Assembly (NCBI RefSeq): GCF_964355755.1
Contig: NC_092677.1
Location: 17,444,101 to 17,508,100, forward strand
Origin: Antedon mediterranea
Lineage: Eukaryota > Animalia > Echinodermata
Length of the DNA stretch: 64,000 bases
Direction of reading: 5' to 3'
Of this stretch, positions 63,600 through 64,000 are shown piece by piece; within the stretch, counting starts at the first letter, position 1, and each line of letters opens with the position of its first letter. The position numbers were made by a program, and so were the translations under genes. The notes under the pieces were generated by a model that saw nothing but the letters and a program-made list of their open reading frames with translations, ran no database searches and was not told the DNA's origin.

Positions 63600-64000
63600 T
63601 TTTTAATTCTGTTTGTTATATTTACTAGTTCATATGGTTGATGCTTCTGCGGCTCCTGTCGTTTTTGTTGTTTTGGTGGTTTTTGCTGCTGCGGCTCTTG
63701 ATTTTATCAAATAAAGTAAACCTAAGGAAATCGTGCATTGTGTTCCATGTAGTCCAATTCTTTATACTTCATTCTTAGAGTCTTCAATATTGCTGTTTTA
63801 ATATCAGTTCCTGAAAATTTAATTGAAAATACATGTTACCGTACATATTAAAGTCCACAACACCTTACCCTTATCTTGCCGGATTCTTTTTAAGTGCAGT
63901 TCACATGAAAACGCATTCTTTTTTGATAGTGATCATTTTTTCACATTTTTAGAGGCAGTTCCCTTTCTGTTAGTTTTATGGAAAAAGTTTCTAAAAACAA

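Overview
AT-rich eukaryotic (animal, probably marine invertebrate/echinoderm-like) genomic DNA with GT-AG spliced genes. Left half: a head-to-head pair, DHRS4 (minus strand, 7 exons visible, 3' end runs off the window) and TK2/deoxynucleoside kinase (plus strand, 6 exons, 312 aa). Most of their 943-bp intergenic space is one 734-bp TIR element with a 9-bp TSD. Next come a 16-bp minisatellite and a complete 13-exon lipoxygenase (minus strand, 667 aa, one GC-AG intron, Gly at the Coffa site, C-terminal Val). Right half (26-62 kb): a dense nest of non-autonomous DNA transposons (Academ, Harbinger, pogo/Tc1, hAT5-like, IS3EU-like foldback, 8-bp-TSD CGGGTG families), SINE/LINE remnants, and a frameshifted two-exon non-RD tyrosine-kinase-like gene present in only one copy of a local tandem duplication. 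The window ends with TRPC-like ankyrin exons carrying an in-frame TGA. All calls were read by eye; no database searches were run.
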